NCBI GenBank assembly: GCA_964527185.1
Contig: CAZGOI010000002.1
Span: forward strand, 133,532 to 197,531
Origin: an uncultured Candidatus Saccharibacteria bacterium
Lineage (GTDB): Bacteria > Patescibacteriota > Minisyncoccia > Phycocordibacterales > UBA9973
Length of the DNA: 64,000 bases
Reading direction: 5' to 3'
Positions 37,702-47,414 of this stretch are shown in pieces. The position numbers and the translations under genes are program-made. The notes under the pieces are model-generated. The model had not been told where the DNA came from and did no database searches. It worked only from the letters and a program-made list of their open reading frames with translations. Each line of letters starts with the position of its first letter. The stretch's first letter is position 1.

Positions 37702-38568
37702 TTATTTTATATTATTAAAAAGTTTTAATCGCGCCAAAACTATCTCCTCTATTGCCTTGGCCGCCGGTTCGAGGATTTTGTATGGAGTGGTTTCATCAGG
37801 ATTCTCTGCTATATATTTTTTAACCGCTTCGGTGTAGGCAACGCGGATCTCTGTATTTATGTGGATGATCGAAATTCCAGAGGTAATTGCATTTGTGAAA
37901 TCCTGGTCTCGCAAACCCGACCCACCGTGCAGCACAAGCGGCACGCCCGTCGCCTCTTTTATTTCTTTTACCAAGTCTGCATCGATGTGTGGTTTGCCGC
38001 TTTTGATCAACCCATGGATACTGCCGACAGACGGAGCGAGCATATCTACCCCAGTTGCCTCGACAAATTTTCTTGCATCTTCGGGTTTTGTCAAAACACC
38101 AGCACCCTCTGGAATAGTGTCTTTGATATTCGAACCTTGACCAATAAAACCAAGCTCGCCTTCAACTAGGATATCTCTGCCAACATTTTCTTTAACACTC
38201 TTTATATAATCTACACACTCTTTTGTTTTTGAAACATTATCATCAAAACTTAAACTTGCGCCGTCAAAAATAACAGAATCAAAACCAGCTAGAACTGCCC
38301 CCCTTACCGATTCAAGGCTATAGTGGTGGTCGGCGTTGAGATAAATAGGATAGTTGTCTCTTTCTCGAAACTCTTTGACGAGCGCGACCGCTTCATCGCG
38401 ACCGACAAATTCTTCTTCGCCCTCAGATAGCCCGATGATGACAGGCACGCCCAGAGATTTTGCCGCGTTGTAGACTCCATGCAGGCCTTCAAGGTTTGAA
38501 ATATTAAAATGCCCAATCGCAACTTTCTTTTCCTCTGCTTCTTTTACCACTTCTCGCAATGTTTTCAT
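37702..38568 (-). CDS. fba: Class II fructose-bisphosphate aldolase.
   Basis: VAIGHFNISNLE...PVIIGLSEG...LHGGSG class II FBA motifs. Confidence 0.85.
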   Translation of the reverse strand: MKTLREVVKEAEEKKVAIGHFNISNLEGLHGVYNAAKSLGVPVIIGLSEGEEEFVGRDEAVALVKEFRERDNYPIYLNADHHYSLESVRGAVLAGFDSVIFDGASLSFDDNVSKTKECVDYIKSVKENVGRDILVEGELGFIGQGSNIKDTIPEGAGVLTKPEDARKFVEATGVDMLAPSVGSIHGLIKSGKPHIDADLVKEIKEATGVPLVLHGGSGLRDQDFTNAITSGISIIHINTEIRVAYTEAVKKYIAENPDETTPYKILEPAAKAIEEIVLARLKLFNNIK

Positions 38569-38606
38569 GGGCCAATTATATCATAGTGTGTTATAATATC
38601 GGACAT

Positions 38607-39599
38607 ATGGATAAACAATTAGACGTTCTGGCCATTGGAGATATTGTTGTTGACGATTTTATTAGGATTAAGGATGCCGAAGCTACCTGCGACCTCGATC
38701 AAGAAAATTGCAAATTATGCATTAGATTTGGAGACAAGGTGCCTTTTGAATTTCATAAAATTATATATGCAGTTGGCAATAGTGCAAACGCTGCCGTCTC
38801 TGCCAGCAGACTAGGTCTCCGCTCTGCTTTATCTGGAGTAATTGGCAATGACGATCTCGGCAAAGCTTGTTTGAAATCTTTGGCCGACAATAATGTCAGC
38901 CTAGATTATATAGAAACAGACCCAAAGTTACCAACAAACTATCACTACGTGCTTTGGTATGGCCCAGAGAGAACGATACTGGTCAACCACGCTCCGTTTC
39001 AGAGACACTTGCCGCAAGATTTAAAACCGCCGAAATGGATCTATCTTTCGTCGCTCGGCGAGAACACAGAAGAATTTCACCACGAGATTGCAAAATGGGT
39101 TAGCGAACACCCGCAAACAAAACTTGCCTTTCAACCCGGAACATTTCAAATAAAACTCGGAAAAGAAAAATTAAAAGATATTTACCAAGAGAGCGATTTA
39201 TTCTTCTGCAACGTTGAAGAGGCCCAAAAAATATTAGACACAAAAGAGTTAGACCATTCTAAGTTAATGGAAATGTTGGCTGGTCTTGGCCCAAAAATTG
39301 TAATTTTGACCGATGGTTTCAAGGGCGCCTATGCCTATGATGGAAAAGATAAATGGTTCATGCCAGTCTATCCCCACGTCCCGATCGAGCGCACCGGTGC
39401 AGGCGATGCCTATGAATCGACAATCACGTCTTGCCTTTGCATGGGCAAAAGCTTAGAAGAAGCGCTATCTTGGGCGCCGATAAACGCAATGTCGGTCACC
39501 CAATTTATCGGTGCCCAAGAAGGCCTCCTGACTCCAGAAAAAATCGATGGGTATTTACAAAAAGCCCCGCCTGAGTATAAAATTAAGAAAATAAGTTAA
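38607..39599 (+). CDS. PfkB-family carbohydrate kinase. The start is revised to MDKQLDVLAIGD.
   Basis: N-terminal LAIGDIVVD and C-terminal TGAGDAYESTI ribokinase/PfkB signatures. The substrate is not assignable. Confidence 0.75.
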   Translation: MDKQLDVLAIGDIVVDDFIRIKDAEATCDLDQENCKLCIRFGDKVPFEFHKIIYAVGNSANAAVSASRLGLRSALSGVIGNDDLGKACLKSLADNNVSLDYIETDPKLPTNYHYVLWYGPERTILVNHAPFQRHLPQDLKPPKWIYLSSLGENTEEFHHEIAKWVSEHPQTKLAFQPGTFQIKLGKEKLKDIYQESDLFFCNVEEAQKILDTKELDHSKLMEMLAGLGPKIVILTDGFKGAYAYDGKDKWFMPVYPHVPIERTGAGDAYESTITSCLCMGKSLEEALSWAPINAMSVTQFIGAQEGLLTPEKIDGYLQKAPPEYKIKKIS

Positions 39600-39608
39600 T
39601 ATATTTTT

Positions 39609-39878
39609 ATGTCAGAAGAAAACGAAAACTTAAAAGAAATTAATAAATTGCTTGATGAAAAGAATTCAAGCAAAGAGAGGGTTGATAGATTGACCGGAGA
39701 AATTGATCAGAAGATATTTGATGGTAATTCTGGGTATGATACTCAAACCGAAGCAATTGAGATGATGAATCCAAAGATTGAAAAAGAATTGCATAAAATT
39801 TCTGAAGAAAATATGAAGCAATCTAAAATCAAAGAAGAGTTTGAAAAATTAACCAACCCCCTTTCAAAAAGAAAATAA
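39609..39878 (+). CDS. Hypothetical charged coiled-coil protein (89 aa).
   Basis: ORF only. Confidence 0.3.
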   Translation: MSEENENLKEINKLLDEKNSSKERVDRLTGEIDQKIFDGNSGYDTQTEAIEMMNPKIEKELHKISEENMKQSKIKEEFEKLTNPLSKRK

Positions 39879-39881
39879 ACT

Positions 39882-40475
39882 TTAGATTGATCTCTGGAGT
39901 TTATTTTTTATGTCGTCGTAAAATTTGGCGGCGGTAACCTTCATGTACGGTATGAGCCAGAAGAACCCGATACCGAGAGTGAGTATAGCCAATAGCGCCC
40001 AACCGATGAACCGCAAACCCAGACAGAAAAACTTCCACTTGTAACCTTGCATCATTTCTTTACTCTTATCTATCGCATCCATAGCAGAGATTTCTTGATC
40101 ATCGACCATGATATAGAAAGTCATGGCGTATGAAATTGCGGCGATGATTCCCGGGACTATCAAAAGTAATGACCACAAGAAAGTAAAAAGCAATATAAAA
40201 AAATAAGCCAAAAATGTTCTAGTAAAATGCTTGAAGCCTTCAAATATTTTTTCAATCTTCTCCTCCTTGCCGCGAGAAATACCGATAAAAAAACTTGTCG
40301 CGCTATAGTAAAGCGGCCCGCCGATCAAAAGACCAACTAGCCAGCCGACCATCGGTATCGATCGGCCAACTGCTGTAAATACCACAAAAATTAAAGAAAA
40401 CAAAACAGACAGCCACCACTTGCCCTCTAGAGACTCGAGCGCTCCACTCATTAAAACTTTATTTTTTGTTGCCAT
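39882..40475 (-). CDS. Integral membrane protein, DUF975-like.
   Basis: Five or six TM helices with a charged loop (ISRGKEEKIEKIFEGFKHF); an uncertain family call. Confidence 0.35.
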   Translation of the reverse strand: MATKNKVLMSGALESLEGKWWLSVLFSLIFVVFTAVGRSIPMVGWLVGLLIGGPLYYSATSFFIGISRGKEEKIEKIFEGFKHFTRTFLAYFFILLFTFLWSLLLIVPGIIAAISYAMTFYIMVDDQEISAMDAIDKSKEMMQGYKWKFFCLGLRFIGWALLAILTLGIGFFWLIPYMKVTAAKFYDDIKNKLQRSI

Positions 40476-40503
40476 ATGAATTGATTATAGATTATGTTAA
40501 TAA

Positions 40504-41505
40504 TTAAGCAACTTTTCTTTTAATCACTTTTTCTACAGCTTTTTTAATCGAATTTGCGTCCATGCCATAGTGTTTTATGAGCTCATCTGGTGTGCCAGAT
40601 TGGCCGAATTTGTCTTCGACGCCCACAAACTCTATTGGCGTTGGATAATATTTTGCCAAGCATTCAGAAACTGCGCTGCCCATGCCGCAAAGAACTTGAT
40701 GTTCTTCGACGGTTACAATTACTTTTGCTTCTTTGGCAAGGGCTACAATTGCTTCTTCGTCTAGTGGTTTGATTGTCGAGAGGTTCATAACTTTGACCTT
40801 CACACCATCTTTTTCAAGGTCGCGGGCAGCAACCATCGCTCTATAGACTAGAGCGCCAGTTGCGATTATCCCAACTTCGGCAAGGCCTTTTTCTGGAACA
40901 AAAACAATTTGCGCTTTACCTATCTCAAACGGCGTGTCTTCTGTCGTGATGATTTGCGTTTTCTCGCGAGCCAGGCGCAGATATGTCGGCTCTTTTGTTT
41001 TTGAACAAGCGATCGTCGCCTTTTTTGCTTCAATTGAATCGCATGGCGAGATGACGACCATGTTCGGCACGACACGCATCAGAGCGATATCTTCTATCGC
41101 TTGGTGCGTGCCACCGTCAGGGCCAACAGAAACCCCGGCGTGCGAACCAGCTATAACAACTTTTCTATTATTGTATGAAATTGTTGTTCGAATCTGCTCC
41201 CAATTACGGCCGGGCGAGAACATTGCATATGAAGAAACGAATGGGACCTTGCCCATAGCGGCCATACCTGAGGCAACCGTTACTAAGTTCTGCTCGGCTA
41301 CACCGATCTCGACAAAGCGGTTTGGAAATTTCTCGGCAAATAAATTCATTTTTGTCGATTCGGTTAGATCGGCGCAAAGAGCCACGATATTTTCATTTGA
41401 AATTGCTACTTCGAGCAATCCTTCGCCGAAACCCTGCCTGATCGGCACCTGCTCGACATCAGAGTTAAAAATTTTTGTATTTAATTTAAGCGATTGATTA
41501 AGCAT
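40504..41505 (-). CDS. tktB: Transketolase C-terminal subunit (pyrimidine-binding and C-terminal domains).
   Basis: Split-transketolase small-subunit architecture, adjacent to the N-terminal half. Confidence 0.85.
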   Translation of the reverse strand: MLNQSLKLNTKIFNSDVEQVPIRQGFGEGLLEVAISNENIVALCADLTESTKMNLFAEKFPNRFVEIGVAEQNLVTVASGMAAMGKVPFVSSYAMFSPGRNWEQIRTTISYNNRKVVIAGSHAGVSVGPDGGTHQAIEDIALMRVVPNMVVISPCDSIEAKKATIACSKTKEPTYLRLAREKTQIITTEDTPFEIGKAQIVFVPEKGLAEVGIIATGALVYRAMVAARDLEKDGVKVKVMNLSTIKPLDEEAIVALAKEAKVIVTVEEHQVLCGMGSAVSECLAKYYPTPIEFVGVEDKFGQSGTPDELIKHYGMDANSIKKAVEKVIKRKVA

Positions 41506-41507
41506 GA

Positions 41508-42377
41508 CTATTCATGTTCGCTTTTAATTTTTCCGCCGAGGGTGCGAAGTTCTTTCAGCGCCATGTTGGCTTCTTCTTTGTTTGGCGCTTTGCCGTGCCA
41601 GCGGTAATCTCGCTCGAATTCTTTGACCCCTCGACCAGGTATCGTGCGGGCGACGATAACAGATGGTTTTTCATAAACAGTTTTTGCTTTGCAGATCGCA
41701 TCGTTGACATTTCTAAAATTATGCCCATCGACTTCTTCTACGTGCCAACCAAACTCTCGATATTTACTAGCGAGGTCGCCGAGCGGCATGACATTTTCGG
41801 TGTAGCCATCGATCTGGATATTGTTGCGATCGACAATTGCAATTAGGTTGTGCAATTTTTCTTTTCCGGCAAGAAGAACAGCTTCCCAAGTGTTGCCTTC
41901 GTCGTGTTCGCCATCAGACATCAAGCAAAAAATTGTTTTCTCGGTATTATTGCCAAAATCCATGCGGTCAGCGATAGCCATACCAACTGCCTGTGACAAT
42001 CCAGAACCAAGCGGCCCAGATGAATTTTCAAGCCAAGGCATGAATTCCCGATGCGGGTGGCCTTGGAGCCGTGAGCCAAATTTTCGAAGCGTTAAAAGCT
42101 CTTTTTGTGGCATATAGCCAGCAGCAGCCATGGTGGCGTAAAGCACCGGGGCGATATGGCCATTTGAAAGCACCAACCTATCGCGGTCTTTCCAATCTGG
42201 TCGAGCGGGGTCTTGGCGCAGGACATGAAAATAAAGCAGAGTGAAAATATCTGCCATGCCGAGTGGCCCGGCTGTGTGACCAGATTTTGCTTCAAGTAGC
42301 ATTTCGATTATGCTCTCGCGAATATTATTTGCTCTGATTTCCAGTTCTTCAATTTTATTATCGGTTAGGTTTTCCAT
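41508..42377 (-). CDS. tktA: Transketolase N-terminal subunit (TPP-binding).
   Basis: GHTAGPLGMADIF and a GDG(X)nN TPP motif (SDGEHDEGNTWEA). Confidence 0.85.
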   Translation of the reverse strand: MENLTDNKIEELEIRANNIRESIIEMLLEAKSGHTAGPLGMADIFTLLYFHVLRQDPARPDWKDRDRLVLSNGHIAPVLYATMAAAGYMPQKELLTLRKFGSRLQGHPHREFMPWLENSSGPLGSGLSQAVGMAIADRMDFGNNTEKTIFCLMSDGEHDEGNTWEAVLLAGKEKLHNLIAIVDRNNIQIDGYTENVMPLGDLASKYREFGWHVEEVDGHNFRNVNDAICKAKTVYEKPSVIVARTIPGRGVKEFERDYRWHGKAPNKEEANMALKELRTLGGKIKSEHE

Positions 42378-43067
42378 TTATAAATTTTCTAATTCTTTAA
42401 TCGTCTCACGAACATCCAAACTCTCAAGCAGCGCTGAACCGACGACCAGCCTGCTTGCCCCAGCTTCTACCAAGCTCTTTGCTGTGTCTTCGTTGACGCT
42501 TCCGTCTACGCTTATTATAAGCTCTGGGTACTCTGCCCGCAATAATTTTATCTGTTCTAATACGCGCGGGTCGAAGTCTTGGCCTTGAAACCCAATATGT
42601 TCGATACCCATGCACTGCACGAAATCTACATTTGAAATTATTCCTTTCAAATTCTCTACCCTAGTGGTCGTGCCGATTGCAATTCCAAAATCAATATTTT
42701 CTCGAGTGTACATGTCGAGGCCCTGCAGGAATTCTTTAAATTTATCGAAGTCGCCTTCGGCTTCGACATGAAACACCAATCTTTTTGCGCCGAGGCGCGA
42801 CCAGAAGAGAAAATTTTCATGTGCATTTTTAACCATCAGGTCGAATTCAAAATTTACTTTTTGCCAATATGGCATGCCCTCTTCTTCATCGAGGATTTTT
42901 TGAACATCGTTGCCATCGATTTCTGAAAGCGGCCAAGATTTATTTGGCACAAAGTCTCCATCACAAACATCGAGCTGAATTATAGGAGCAACATTTCCAA
43001 ACAAGAGAATCTTTTCATTGAGCTCTCTAAAGTCTTTGGCTAAAATTGCAGGTATTACTTCGACCAT
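42378..43067 (-). CDS. rpe: Ribulose-phosphate 3-epimerase family protein, divergent.
   Basis: IPAILAKDF, IQLDVCDGDFVPN, FHVEA, MGIEHIGFQGQDF, ISVDGSVN and VVGSALL align with Rpe landmarks, but Q and C replace the usual H and M metal-site residues. Confidence 0.6.
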   Translation of the reverse strand: MVEVIPAILAKDFRELNEKILLFGNVAPIIQLDVCDGDFVPNKSWPLSEIDGNDVQKILDEEEGMPYWQKVNFEFDLMVKNAHENFLFWSRLGAKRLVFHVEAEGDFDKFKEFLQGLDMYTRENIDFGIAIGTTTRVENLKGIISNVDFVQCMGIEHIGFQGQDFDPRVLEQIKLLRAEYPELIISVDGSVNEDTAKSLVEAGASRLVVGSALLESLDVRETIKELENL

Positions 43068-43068
43068 A

Positions 43069-43503
43069 CTAGAATTCTTTCAGTCGCCTGACGTGTCTAA
43101 CTTCGCCAGAGAACGGCGTTTCTAAAAATATTTTGCAAGCGCTCTCGGCCTGCTCGCCAGATACAAATCGAGCACCGAGTGAAAGAATGTTTGCATCGTT
43201 GTGCTGGCGAGCAAGCCGGACAATTTCTAAATCTCCACCATAGTATTCTGCCGCTCGTATGCCCTCGAAACGATTGGCGACCATCTGCTCGCCTTCACCT
43301 GAGCCGCCCAAAATTACGCCTCGGCTTTTTTTATCGTTGGCAACTGCTATGGCCACTGGTTTGATGAAATCTGGATAGTCGTCGTTTGGGTTTAGTTCAT
43401 AGGCGCCCATATCTTCGATGTCATAGCCTAGCCGAGATATATAAGCTCTTAAATTTTCTTTAAGCTTAAAACCTGCGTGATCTGAACCTATATAGACCTT
43501 CAT
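43069..43503 (-). CDS. rpiB: Ribose-5-phosphate isomerase B.
   Basis: MKVYIGSDHAGFKLKE... is a canonical RpiB/LacAB start. Confidence 0.85.
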   Translation of the reverse strand: MKVYIGSDHAGFKLKENLRAYISRLGYDIEDMGAYELNPNDDYPDFIKPVAIAVANDKKSRGVILGGSGEGEQMVANRFEGIRAAEYYGGDLEIVRLARQHNDANILSLGARFVSGEQAESACKIFLETPFSGEVRHVRRLKEF

Positions 43504-43530
43504 AGAGACATTATACTATAATCAGACAAT

Positions 43531-44313
43531 ATGATTAATTTCTATAAATACCATGGTGCCGGCAACGATTTTATTCTGATCGACAACAGAAATAGAATTT
43601 TTGATGTAAAAAATACAAAATTGGTAGAGCTCATGTGCCACCGACGGTTTGGGGTGGGTGCCGATGGAATAATAATGGTTGAAAATGAAGAAGGCTATGA
43701 CTTTAAAATGGTTTTTGTAAATAATGACGGATCGATGGGTTCGATGTGCGGCAACGGCGGCCGGTGTATTGTTCACTTTGCATATCATATTTTAAAAATT
43801 GTTAAAAACCCAAAAACCGTTAGGTTCATCGCTGTCGATGGAGAGCACGAAGCAGAAATCAAGGGCGATGAAGTCAGGCTCAAAATGCAGGATGTGAACG
43901 AAATAGGAACTCGAAACGATTTGCCTTTCATCTGCCAAGGCACAACCCCACACAATATTTTATTTGTTGAAGATTTAAAAAATTACCCAGTTGTTGAAGA
44001 AGGTCGCAAGATAAGAGAGGGCGACCCAAATGGCGTGAATGTGAATTTTGTTGAAGTCGTTGATGGGGTTTACCATGTGCGCACCTATGAACGCGGAGTC
44101 GAAGACGAAACTTGGGCTTGTGGAACCGGGGCGACATCAGTCGCAATTGCCGCGCACAACATGGGAGTACTCAAAGCAAATATTTGCAATATAAAAATGC
44201 CAGGTGGCGACCTAACCATTATGTTCAAAAAAATGCCAGACAATTCTTACAAAAATATCTGGCTCGTCGGCGAAGCAAAATGCGTTTTTAAAGGAGATTG
44301 GAAGTTACCTTAG
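43531..44313 (+). CDS. dapF: Diaminopimelate epimerase.
   Basis: GAGNDFILID and the two active-site Cys regions (MCGNGGRC, ACGTGATS). Confidence 0.85.
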   Translation: MINFYKYHGAGNDFILIDNRNRIFDVKNTKLVELMCHRRFGVGADGIIMVENEEGYDFKMVFVNNDGSMGSMCGNGGRCIVHFAYHILKIVKNPKTVRFIAVDGEHEAEIKGDEVRLKMQDVNEIGTRNDLPFICQGTTPHNILFVEDLKNYPVVEEGRKIREGDPNGVNVNFVEVVDGVYHVRTYERGVEDETWACGTGATSVAIAAHNMGVLKANICNIKMPGGDLTIMFKKMPDNSYKNIWLVGEAKCVFKGDWKLP

Positions 44314-44612
44314 ATATTACCTTTTAATATAATTTTCTGATCAAACCCTCCCCTTTCTTCCCTTTTCTTTTGTCGAATTTCTTCGACGTTTGCATATTCA
44401 GGGAGTTTTTTAAGTGCACCAATAACTTCTATAACATCAGCTAGTTCTTCTATACTTCCAGCTTTCAAAAATTCTTTTGCTTCTTCGGTGAGCTTTTTTA
44501 TGAGTTCAGTTTTGTATTCTTCTGTAGAAGCGATTCGTTTTTGATAAGAAACATTTTTTTTATCAAGAATTTCCGGAATTTTATCTCTGACTAATTTGTT
44601 ATAGCTTTTCAT
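44310..44612 (-). CDS. MazG-like all-alpha NTP pyrophosphohydrolase (100 aa).
   Basis: KLVRDKIPEI... and EEAKEF..IEELADVIEV resemble MazG-type EExxE/EELADV metal-binding motifs. Confidence 0.45.
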   Translation of the reverse strand: MKSYNKLVRDKIPEILDKKNVSYQKRIASTEEYKTELIKKLTEEAKEFLKAGSIEELADVIEVIGALKKLPEYANVEEIRQKKREERGGFDQKIILKGNI

Positions 44613-44635
44613 AAACTATACTATATCATGTTAGC

Positions 44636-44971
44636 TTAGTTACTCTTAGGTTGATCATCAAACCGAGTTTTTCTAATCAATTCGACAAATTTCTTTGCAT
44701 CTTCTCCAACAAGTTTCAAGTCAATCTTGCTTCCATTGCCAGAGGTTATATTTAACTCAAGGAATGCAATCTGGTTTCCCCAGCAGAGAAAATTTAGATT
44801 GAAGTCACTTATTTCGAGAAGTTGCTTCTGTTCTGAATTAGCTTTACTGTAAATATAGTCAAGAATACCAGAGTCAATCTGTTCTTTTGGTATCGGATGC
44901 TCACTTTGACTTACTGTTGGTAGTTCAGGTGAATTTCCTTTTTTAAACTCCCAACTATTTTCTTCTTTCAT
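44636..44971 (-). CDS. Hypothetical protein (111 aa).
   Basis: ORF only. Confidence 0.3.
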   Translation of the reverse strand: MKEENSWEFKKGNSPELPTVSQSEHPIPKEQIDSGILDYIYSKANSEQKQLLEISDFNLNFLCWGNQIAFLELNITSGNGSKIDLKLVGEDAKKFVELIRKTRFDDQPKSN

Positions 44972-45077
44972 ATTATTTGATGAGGCTAAAAACTCTAAGA
45001 TTCCACGAAAGGCCCTGTAGGCTCACCTACCCCTAGTTTACCAAGAAGGGGTTTATATATCAACGAGGACCGTAAAA

Positions 45078-45572
45078 TTAAAGTAAATCTTTTGCTGAAA
45101 TTTCCAACCTCCCATCTTTTATTAAATGTCCATTAACACCCCTATCAGCGTAATTAACCCAAAAATTAGTTATTCTAGCTCCCCACATTCTTTGAGGGCT
45201 TTCTCCTGTGTAGTAACTAAGTGGTAGTTCATCACTTCCCTCTTTTAGTCGAAATTGATTATGAATTTTTAGTGCTTCTTCAAGCTCAGCTCCACCTAAT
45301 TCATGAGCTTCTACACATTTCATATACAAACCACCTTTTTCAATTCGATCGAACAAAACTGCAAAAACTTGGCCTGTTCTTACAATATTTTTTGAGTGAA
45401 TTGAATCAGGATGCGAACCCCAGTAAATATATTCCAAGTTTGGAGAATAAATAAAACGCACAGGACTATTGTGAGGTGAACCATCTTCATTTACCGTCGC
45501 CAAGGAAATATGCCTTGAGGTAGTAAGTAGTTCCATTGCTCTTTGAATTTTTGATGTCCATTCTTCAGTCAT
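45078..45572 (-). CDS. Pyridoxamine 5'-phosphate oxidase-like FMN-binding split-barrel protein.
   Basis: ELLTTSRHISLATVNEDGSPHNSPVRFIY matches the PNPOx-like fold signature. Confidence 0.6.
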   Translation of the reverse strand: MTEEWTSKIQRAMELLTTSRHISLATVNEDGSPHNSPVRFIYSPNLEYIYWGSHPDSIHSKNIVRTGQVFAVLFDRIEKGGLYMKCVEAHELGGAELEEALKIHNQFRLKEGSDELPLSYYTGESPQRMWGARITNFWVNYADRGVNGHLIKDGRLEISAKDLL

Positions 45573-45622
45573 AAAATTATTTAATCGTCGTACCTATTTT
45601 TATCTATCATGATTATTTTAGC

Positions 45623-46108
45623 TTATTCAGATTCCAGTTTTCCTAGCAAGTATTTCTCAACTCTTTTTTGTTGTCTTTCTATACCATCTGGCCGTTTTAT
45701 AAACTCCTCTGGCGATATCAACATCCACTCATTTCCTTCATTTCCAAAAACAACATCTCTGGAACCGAATCTTGAAGTTTTTACGACCAAGAAGAAAGAT
45801 TTTTTATCAGGCTCAACAATGCTTGGGATCGTGCAAGAAAAATCAACATCTCCTTCAGTGATGTCTATTCCGAACTCTTCTTTTGTTTCTCTTTTAAATG
45901 TTTCGAAGGGAGATTCATCTCCTTCTCGACCGCCACCTGGCAGATCAATGCGCTCAGGATTATTTGTTGTATTGTTATCTCGGCGATACACAAGTATTTT
46001 ATTTCCAAGGAAAACAACTCCCTTTGCACCGTTGAAATAAACTTTTTTGAATGTATTTTCATGAACCCTAGGATTCATGTTCTTTTGTTCCAAAATTATA
46101 TCCTTCAT
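45623..46108 (-). CDS. NUDIX hydrolase.
   Basis: Nudix box GGGREGDESPFETFKRETKEEFGI. Confidence 0.7.
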   Translation of the reverse strand: MKDIILEQKNMNPRVHENTFKKVYFNGAKGVVFLGNKILVYRRDNNTTNNPERIDLPGGGREGDESPFETFKRETKEEFGIDITEGDVDFSCTIPSIVEPDKKSFFLVVKTSRFGSRDVVFGNEGNEWMLISPEEFIKRPDGIERQQKRVEKYLLGKLESE

Positions 46109-46111
46109 AAT

Positions 46112-47170
46112 TTATTTTATTGTTTTTCCAGTCTTTATGACATGCTCGACAAGCGTGTGTGTGTACCCCATTTCGTTGTCGTACCAAGCCATGACTTTGA
46201 CGAGATTTCCATCAACAACGCGAGTCATGGCGAGATCAGCGATTGAGGCATGAGCATTGCCGAGTATGTCGCTAGAAACTAGCGGCTCATTTGTGACGGC
46301 AAAAACATTTGCCCAACGTGGATCAGCCGCCGCTTTGGTGAGTATTGCGTTCACTTCCTCTGCAGTTGTTTCTTTCTTTGAAATGAATGTCACGTCTACA
46401 ATCGAGCCAGCGATGACTGGCACACGAATCGAGATACCATCAAATAGGCCTTTGAGTTCGCTAAACGCTTCGGTTACGGCGATTGCCGCACCGGTCGAGC
46501 TCGGGACGATGTTTTGCGCGGCGGCGCGGCCTTCACGCAGGTCTTTCTTGCTCGGGCCGTCGACGAGCGCTTGCGAGGCGGTATAGCCGTGGACAGTGTT
46601 TAAAATTGCTTTTTCTATTCCAAGAGCCTCGTGGAGTATCGCAATGAGTGGCGAAGCAGCGTTTGTCGTGCACGAAGCATTTGAAGTGATATCGCAGGTG
46701 CCGAACTTTTCTTCGTTGACACCAAGGAGTATCGTCTCGCCGGCGACTGTGCCATCACCGCCCCCGCCTTGACTCGCATCAAGCGAGGCAGGCTTTGAAG
46801 GCGCAGAGATTACGACTTTTTTAGCACCGTCATCGATATGGAATTTTGCTTTGTCGTATGAAGTGAAGAGGCCAGTCGATTCAACCACGACATCGATACC
46901 AAGGTCAGCCCATGGTAACTTAGTCGTGTCTTTTTCTGAAATAAATTTAATAGTTTTTCCATCAACGACAATATCTGTACCAGAAATTTTTATATCGTGT
47001 GTCCAAGTTTTATAAACGCTGTCGTATTTTAACAAATAAGCCAAGCTCTCTATCGAACCAAGGTCGTTTACAGCAACTATTTCAATCTCAGGCCTGTCCC
47101 ATGCAATCTTTAAAAACGCTCTGCCAATGCGACCAAAACCATTTATTGCAACTTTTATTTTTTTACTCAT
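46112..47170 (-). CDS. gapA: Glyceraldehyde-3-phosphate dehydrogenase.
   Basis: INGFGRIGR NAD-binding start and the active-site ASCTTNA. Confidence 0.9.
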   Translation of the reverse strand: MSKKIKVAINGFGRIGRAFLKIAWDRPEIEIVAVNDLGSIESLAYLLKYDSVYKTWTHDIKISGTDIVVDGKTIKFISEKDTTKLPWADLGIDVVVESTGLFTSYDKAKFHIDDGAKKVVISAPSKPASLDASQGGGGDGTVAGETILLGVNEEKFGTCDITSNASCTTNAASPLIAILHEALGIEKAILNTVHGYTASQALVDGPSKKDLREGRAAAQNIVPSSTGAAIAVTEAFSELKGLFDGISIRVPVIAGSIVDVTFISKKETTAEEVNAILTKAAADPRWANVFAVTNEPLVSSDILGNAHASIADLAMTRVVDGNLVKVMAWYDNEMGYTHTLVEHVIKTGKTIK

Positions 47171-47185
47171 AAGAAAATTATACCA

Positions 47186-47410
47186 TTACTCTCCGACATA
47201 GGTAAATCGCGGGCCAGAATATCCATCGCGCTCCACGTGTTCTAGGAACATTGAAATTGGCCTTACCCAAAGTTGGTCGTGGCCTTCATATGGGTGCGAG
47301 TAGACGACAAACTCTTGACTGTAGTCTTCGCTGTTTTTAGCAATACCTATGACATTTACTTCAATCCCTTTGAAATGTTTATATCTGCCAATTTTTATTC
47401 CACTTTCCAT
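47186..47410 (-). CDS. DUF1653 family protein (74 aa).
   Basis: GRYKHFKG...FVVYSHPYEG..LWVRPISMFLEHVE matches the DUF1653 consensus pattern. Confidence 0.5.
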   Translation of the reverse strand: MESGIKIGRYKHFKGIEVNVIGIAKNSEDYSQEFVVYSHPYEGHDQLWVRPISMFLEHVERDGYSGPRFTYVGE

Positions 47411-47414
47411 AAAT

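Noticed and set aside
44972-45077. 106-nt spacer with small stems (cccct...agggg, gtagg-ctcac-ctac).
   Set aside because: The stems are short at 5 bp with no adjacent T-run on the coding strand. It is more likely ordinary intergenic promoter sequence for the 111-aa gene.
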